A program made the translations under genes and the position numbers. Positions 58,778 to 64,000 of a DNA stretch of 64,000 nt are shown piece by piece. The notes beneath the pieces are model-generated. The model ran no database searches. It was not told where the DNA came from and saw nothing but the letters and a program-made list of their open reading frames with translations. Where the stretch lies: positions 64,001-128,000 of the forward strand of contig JBEKVV010000005.1 in assembly GCA_049513715.1 (NCBI GenBank). Reading direction: 5' to 3'. The stretch is from Candidatus Bathyarchaeia archaeon. GTDB taxonomy: Archaea > Thermoproteota > Bathyarchaeia > 40CM-2-53-6. Each line of letters opens with the position of its first letter. Within the stretch, counting starts at the first letter, position 1.

Positions 58778-59665
58778 ATGTTCTTGAAGATCGGAGTTCT
58801 CTTGGACGAGCCGAAAATCATACCTGGGTTCGACTACATCTTCTATGAGGCCAAACCTTCGAGCGGGCGACTTCTCCCACCCCTCCCAAAAGCATGGAAC
58901 GTCATCAATTGCTTCGCGGACAACACCATCTCGCAAACTAGACCGGAGCTGATTGCTACCTCCAAAGGGGAAAGAGCTGTCAGAGGTACGCCGCGACGTT
59001 TTCTGTGGGATTGGATTTGCCCCAGCAGAATCGAATACCGAGATTATTGTCGGAGAACAATCCAGGAAATTGCACAGCACGACGTCGCCGGCGTAAGGCT
59101 GGATAGCGTTTGCTTCCCGCGCGAGGGCTACTGCGACTGCCGAATCTGTGGAGATTCAATGAAAGAGAGCGGAAAGGATCCTGTGGAGTGGAGGGTTAAC
59201 CAGATTGAGTCTTTCGTGCACGATGTTCGACGGTCAATCAACTGCCCCTTGGGCCTAACCATAGAACCAGATCCATGTTGCGGAAAGGAAAGATTCGGAC
59301 TGAACCTAGAAACGGTTTCCCGATACGTGGATTACATTTCAACGCCACTCTACATGGACTATTCGATTGTCTACTGGCTTGACATCATAGCCAATTGTTT
59401 CAGGCATAGGCTGAGCAAGCTGAGCAAACCATACTTCATCGAGTTATACGCTGGGCATCCCAGGGCTCCGACGAAGTACTTGGTTTCCGCATTGGCCATT
59501 GCTTCTGGGTACGCGGATTGTGTGATTCTCTCAACCTACGAATCTAGCATTGCTGAGGAGTTGAAACAGGAAATGGTCCAGAACGACGAAACCTGGAAGT
59601 TCTTTGAAGAGCGGAAATGCACAAACATGCTTGACATTCTGAAGCGTTGGCAAAAAGAATGGTGA
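58778..59665 (+). CDS. putative glycoside-hydrolase-like TIM-barrel protein, Cys-rich
   Basis: WICPS...GVRLD.V.FP..YCDC..C...WR...VDYI..PLY pattern of GHL/DUF187-like proteins. Confidence 0.55.
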   Translation: MFLKIGVLLDEPKIIPGFDYIFYEAKPSSGRLLPPLPKAWNVINCFADNTISQTRPELIATSKGERAVRGTPRRFLWDWICPSRIEYRDYCRRTIQEIAQHDVAGVRLDSVCFPREGYCDCRICGDSMKESGKDPVEWRVNQIESFVHDVRRSINCPLGLTIEPDPCCGKERFGLNLETVSRYVDYISTPLYMDYSIVYWLDIIANCFRHRLSKLSKPYFIELYAGHPRAPTKYLVSALAIASGYADCVILSTYESSIAEELKQEMVQNDETWKFFEERKCTNMLDILKRWQKEW

Positions 59666-60033
59666 ATAGGTAACGTCAAGTTCTCGTCTGCTGCGATGAT
59701 TTTGTGTTGGTGTCAAAATCCGTCTGCTGCTCGTGTTATGTTTGGTCGGTGGAAATGTTGCCAATTCTTGGATATCATGGATATGCCGCTACCTCAAACG
59801 GAAGTGCCTATAGAGCGGGTTCTGAGTACCAGTAGATCGTGGTGATACTGTATGAAATGTCGGGTTACGTGGTCAGAAGGAGAAGGAGTCAATGCGATAG
59901 AGTACACGCAAGGATACGAAAGTCGAACTGCAACGACCGTTCAGCAAATACCTTCACAGTTCCTACGAGACTTAGCGTCAACCAACAAGCCTAGAGTGTT
60001 ACGAGTAGAGTTATTGGAATACTGACTGTCAAC

Positions 60034-60473
60034 CTACTGTTTCTCTTTCTTGCTGGCATTTTGAATCAGCGTCAGCCACTTGTTTTCGCCTTTGACTTCT
60101 ATGCCTGCCGCTTCTGCTGGTGTCTTGCCATCAAGCGCCATGTGTGGACGGATGTAATTGTGGAACAGTTGGTAGCCCGTCAAGATCGGCGTGTCCTTCT
60201 TCTCTAAGCCTCTCATCACTTTCTCCCTGTCTCTGATTTCCCCGTTCATCCGTTCCATGCGGTTATTATTGAAATCTCCTGCGAGTCTGATGTGGCGTAT
60301 GTGCTCGGTTCGAGTTTCGACCTTCAAAGCGCGGAACTCTTTGTTGTAGGCTTCATGAAAGTTCGCCGCCCCATCAGAAACAAGTGTTTTGGGTTGTTTG
60401 CCAGCGATCTGCTTGGCTAGTTGGAATAGTGGTCTAACATCAGCCGTGTATTTCGTATCCGCTACCTCTTGGC
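60034..60473 (-). mobile_element. 5'-truncated IS6-like DDE transposase (remnant)
   Basis: LVSDG, NNNRMERMNGEIRDR, HNYIRPH...KTPAEAAG; similarity ends upstream of QEVADTK. Confidence 0.8.
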
Positions 60474-60663
60474 GAGAAGGTTGCTGTCGATGTCGCGGGG
60501 GAAATGGAATATCACTACGACCCGCCAGATGTCTAAGAATGGGCTTGCGCACACGAACTAACATCAACGGCGAACCGGCGTGGGCTCCTAACCTCGTTCA
60601 TTAGGCGGCTGGCTTAATATTCGGTGAACCGTAGATTCTGGCGTCTAGTAGAGGTCGGTTCAG

Positions 60664-61830
60664 TTGACGAAGAGATTCAAGCACATAGACACCAAACTCA
60701 TTCACGCAGGCGAACCAGAACCGCGCATCATGGGGGCTGTGAGTATGCCTATTTTCCAATCGGCCATGTTCGAGTATGCCGGCGAAACCAACTACCACGA
60801 CCTCAAGTACATTCGCTTGAGCAACACGCCGAATCATACTGCCCTTCATGAGAAATTGGCAGCCCTTGAGAATGCTGAAGCGGCGTTGGTCATGGCAAGC
60901 GGTATGGCAGCCATCTCAACGACCTTATTGTCGATTCTTTCTTCAGGCGACCATTTGCTCGTACAAGACTGCCTGTATGGAGGAACGCATGATTTCGTCA
61001 CGAAGGATTTTCGTACATTCGGCATCTCTTACGATTTCATTGACGCAAACAAACCGGAGTCTTGGAAGAAGAAGTTACAGCCAAACACGAAGGCGATTTA
61101 CGTCGAAACGATAACGAATCCTATGATGCAGGTCGCGGACCACAAAGCTGTTGTCGAATTCGCAAAAGCCCACGGGCTGGTAACACTCATCGACAACACT
61201 TTCGCAAGCCCAATCAACTTTCGGCCCCCAGGACATGGCTTCGACCTATCACTCCACAGTTGCACGAAATATCTCAACGGCCATTCCGATATTGTTGCTG
61301 GGGCAGCAATAGGCCGCACGGAATTGATTGATAGAGTGAAGCATAAGCTCGATCACTTGGGTGGCTCACTCGATCCCCATGCCTGTTTTCTCCTGCACCG
61401 AGGGATGAAGACGTTAGCGGTCCGGGTTAGGTATCAGAACGAGAGCGCACTCAAGATCGCAAGATTCCTCGAGGATCATCTGGTGGTTCAACATGTGAAC
61501 TATCCAGGTCTCGAAACCCATCCACAGCACAAGAGGGCTCGCGAGTTGTTTGATGGCTTCGGTGGCATGTTAAGCTTCGAGCTCAAAGGCGGAGCCACAG
61601 CAGCGCACAAGTTCATCAAGAATACAAAGCTGCCAATAATAGCTCCCAGTCTCGGAGGCATAGAAACACTGCTCACCTTGCCGGCTACAACCTCGCACTC
61701 GGGCATGTCGCCAGCAGACCGAAAGGCACTCGGGATCACTGACGGGCTCATCCGCTTGTCGGTTGGGATAGAAGCATCTGATGAGATAATCGAGGATTTC
61801 CAACAGGCCCTAGACGCAGTAGGCCACTGA
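60664..61830 (+). CDS. cystathionine gamma-synthase/lyase family PLP enzyme
   Basis: Y.R..NTP, SGMAAI, DNTFASP, HSCTKYLNGHSD, SLGG.E, RLSVGIE. Confidence 0.92.
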   Translation: MTKRFKHIDTKLIHAGEPEPRIMGAVSMPIFQSAMFEYAGETNYHDLKYIRLSNTPNHTALHEKLAALENAEAALVMASGMAAISTTLLSILSSGDHLLVQDCLYGGTHDFVTKDFRTFGISYDFIDANKPESWKKKLQPNTKAIYVETITNPMMQVADHKAVVEFAKAHGLVTLIDNTFASPINFRPPGHGFDLSLHSCTKYLNGHSDIVAGAAIGRTELIDRVKHKLDHLGGSLDPHACFLLHRGMKTLAVRVRYQNESALKIARFLEDHLVVQHVNYPGLETHPQHKRARELFDGFGGMLSFELKGGATAAHKFIKNTKLPIIAPSLGGIETLLTLPATTSHSGMSPADRKALGITDGLIRLSVGIEASDEIIEDFQQALDAVGH

Positions 61831-61953
61831 TTGGGACTCATTAATGCAGGGAATCCGACCAAGACTTTCGAGAAAAGGCGCATTTATGGAACGTGTCTAC
61901 CTGAAGTGCTCACAACGTTGAGCTCCTTTAGAGACGGCGTATGCGCTGGAGAA

Positions 61954-62157
61954 CTAACTTGTCAGCTTGCGGCCGCACGAACCGCAGTGCTTTGCGTAAT
62001 GCGGGTTTAGTGTGCTGCAGTATGAACACGTGATCGAAAACAGGGAACCGCCGCAGCCATAGCAGAACTTATTGTCCTTTGGGTTCGCATATCCGCACTT
62101 GGGACAATAAACTACTTCAGGTTTCCGGGGGATACGCTCCATTATCGACACGATCAA
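61954..62157 (-). CDS. double zinc-ribbon protein
   Basis: Four CxxC motifs in 67 aa. Confidence 0.75.
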   Translation of the reverse strand: MIVSIMERIPRKPEVVYCPKCGYANPKDNKFCYGCGGSLFSITCSYCSTLNPHYAKHCGSCGRKLTS

Positions 62158-62175
62158 ATTGGGAGTGGTGTTGGC

Positions 62176-62895
62176 TTATAGAACATTCGATGATTCCGGG
62201 TCGAGAAACGCCTCAACGTCCCTAAAGACCCTGTCAAACATTTTAACAGTCAGTCTGCCAGTTTGTGTGTTTTGGCGGCTGGGGTGGTATGACGCGGAAA
62301 GGACCGGATAGGGCTCCGGCAACCTGTAAAATGCGGCATGGCGAAACTTCAGATCTCTCGTCTCCAACCCCCTTCCCTTAAGAAATCTGACGTAAGTTTC
62401 AAAGGCCACACGTCCCAGCGCCAAGACTACACGCACATGTGAGAGCAACTTCATCTCCTCCGTCCAGTAGCGTTGGCAGGTATCGATTTCTTTTGGCTTC
62501 GGTTTGTTCTTAGGTGGGGCACAGCGCACAATGGCGGTCATGTACGCGTCGCGAAGTTGAAGCCCATCGCTCACACTATGCGATTCAGGTTTGTTCGCGA
62601 AGCCGAACTTGTGCAAAGTCGCCATCAGAAACTGCGCAGACCCATCACCCGTAAACATGCGGCCAGTACGGTTACCTCCATGCGCTGCTGGCGCAAGGCC
62701 CAGAATCACTAACTGCGCTTCGGGGTCACCGAACCCAGGAAGCGGTTTACCCCAATACTCCCAACCCATGAACTGCCTTCGCTTCTTCTCAGCAACTATT
62801 CTGCAGTGGCGCCTAAGGCGCGGACAAAGCTCACATGCTACAGCTCTCTGGTTCAACTCCGTTAGTGTACTGAACGTGGGAAAGTTTCGCGACAA
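62176..62895 (-). CDS. uracil-DNA glycosylase, family 5 (UdgB-like, Fe-S)
   Basis: CELCPRL, GLAPAAHGGNRTGRMFTGD, RCAPP.NKP, YHPSRQNT. Confidence 0.9.
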   Translation of the reverse strand: MSRNFPTFSTLTELNQRAVACELCPRLRRHCRIVAEKKRRQFMGWEYWGKPLPGFGDPEAQLVILGLAPAAHGGNRTGRMFTGDGSAQFLMATLHKFGFANKPESHSVSDGLQLRDAYMTAIVRCAPPKNKPKPKEIDTCQRYWTEEMKLLSHVRVVLALGRVAFETYVRFLKGRGLETRDLKFRHAAFYRLPEPYPVLSASYHPSRQNTQTGRLTVKMFDRVFRDVEAFLDPESSNVL

Positions 62896-62992
62896 GAGTT
62901 CTCATTCGTTACAATGTCCCAGATTGCTCGCTGCAAAGAAGCTAGAGCCAAGGGGATGATAATGAAGGGGTTCAGAAAACCCTCTGAGCCAC

Positions 62993-63469
62993 CTAGCTTT
63001 CTCCGGCGACGCTGAACACTTGAGTTAGGCCCTGGTGTTGATTGTCGCCGAGATAGGTCAGCGTTATGGGAAGCCATCCGGTCCAGTTCATTGGAAAGCG
63101 GGCCTCAAAATGGCCCGTTTGGTCAGTGACTGCTGCTTGCGTTCGATAAGCTCCTTGAAGATAATACAACATGTAAACAGTTGCCCCCGCGATCGGGCTT
63201 CCCGAAGCGTCTTGCAGAGATCCCTGCACACCCACTGCCACTCCTTTTTGCACAATTGGAGAAACAGAGGCGAACATTGTTTTCACACCGCTCTTTGACA
63301 ACGGCGTCGTGGGCATTGTGACGAAGTCTGCGGACGGAATCTGGCTGGTCGTGCTTACCGTGGCAAGGGCCCATGCCGAAGCCACAACGACCAACACAAC
63401 CACTAGCAATGGAATTATGGTTTGAAGTCTAAGCTTTCTAGTTGGTTCCGCTTCATTTGAAGTAGCCAT
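62993..63469 (-). CDS. membrane-anchored Ig-like protein
   Basis: One TM; G.L.DASG.PI.GA.V...TD..G.F...Y.G. Confidence 0.65.
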   Translation of the reverse strand: MATSNEAEPTRKLRLQTIIPLLVVVLVVVASAWALATVSTTSQIPSADFVTMPTTPLSKSGVKTMFASVSPIVQKGVAVGVQGSLQDASGSPIAGATVYMLYYLQGAYRTQAAVTDQTGHFEARFPMNWTGWLPITLTYLGDNQHQGLTQVFSVAGES

Positions 63470-63698
63470 CTTGTTATGCCTCGGCGGGTTCGAAATTCGA
63501 TTGCAGAACGACGGCAGTGGCAATTAAAGTCTTTCCGGAAGCCCACAAAACCGCAATTCATACGTATAATTCGCTCAATCGCATCTTCCCTCTGCATCGA
63601 CAATTCTCTTTCGCGTGCGTTTGTAGATCGCATTCGCCGAGTTGTAGAACACAAACTTATCTATGACTTGCCGCATGCTCACGACGGAGTTCAAGAGT

Positions 63699-64000
63699 TT
63701 GTCTGAAGCTAACATTCCCGTCCTAATCTTAAGAGAAGGCGCGACTAGGACGCGTGGGAAGGACGCGCAACGGAATAACATTCTAGCCGCCAAGATAATC
63801 ACTGAGACCATCAGAACCACTCTCGGCCCGCGAGGGATGGATAAGATGCTCGTCTCTGGGATGGGTGATGTTGTCATTACGAACGACGGGGCGACTATCA
63901 TGAAGGAGCTTGATGTTCAGCACCCAGCTGCCAAGATGCTGGTTGAGGTCGCTAAAAGCCAAGATGCTGAAGTCGGTGACGGAACAACAACCGCCGTCGT
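63699..64000 (+). CDS. thermosome (group II chaperonin) subunit, runs off window end
   Basis: Manual translation [14 protein letters not shown]...[11 protein letters not shown]...TNDGATI...GDGTTT. Confidence 0.93.
   Translation, partial: MSEANIPVLILREGATRTRGKDAQRNNILAAKIITETIRTTLGPRGMDKMLVSGMGDVVITNDGATIMKELDVQHPAAKMLVEVAKSQDAEVGDGTTTAV

Noticed and set aside
58709..59080. Apparent long N-terminal fusion on PduO
   Set aside because: Overlaps the opposite-strand gene 58778-59665; PduO motifs start at TTG 58708.
63575..63901. 108-aa minus-strand ORF
   Set aside because: Antisense shadow of the thermosome gene.
1..64000. tRNA/rRNA genes, including as the island target
   Set aside because: No cloverleaf or rRNA-like stretch recognised by eye; tRNAscan-SE would be needed to exclude intron-containing tRNAs.

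Overview
Archaeal chromosomal window. Gene content (RadB, Hef, thermosome, archaeal shikimate route, many double-zinc-ribbon proteins) suggests a TACK lineage such as Bathyarchaeia; this is inference. 1-21.6 kb is housekeeping, including a pathway-ordered operon from aspartokinase to chorismate synthase that converges on a chorismate mutase-aminotransferase fusion and prephenate dehydrogenase. The operon is headed by an unannotated 28-codon leader ORF with three 15-nt repeats ending in Phe, Tyr and Trp codons, overlapped in the +1 frame by aspartokinase: a candidate archaeal aromatic-amino-acid sensor. 21.6-37.7 kb is a ~16 kb tyrosine-recombinase island inserted exactly in the TGATG stop/start overlap of moxR and DUF58. 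It has an 8-bp direct repeat, imperfect inverted ends, an internal lox-like 14-8-14 junction, two more repeat families bracketing single genes (cassette-like), a structured non-coding segment, and cargo including RNase HIII, two PD-(D/E)xK nucleases, a DUF4062 + 3xHTH module and a PAS two-component system. 37.7-64 kb is housekeeping, two ABC-2 exporters flanking surface proteins, an FTR1 pseudogene and an IS6-like remnant. No rRNA, tRNA or CRISPR array was recognised.
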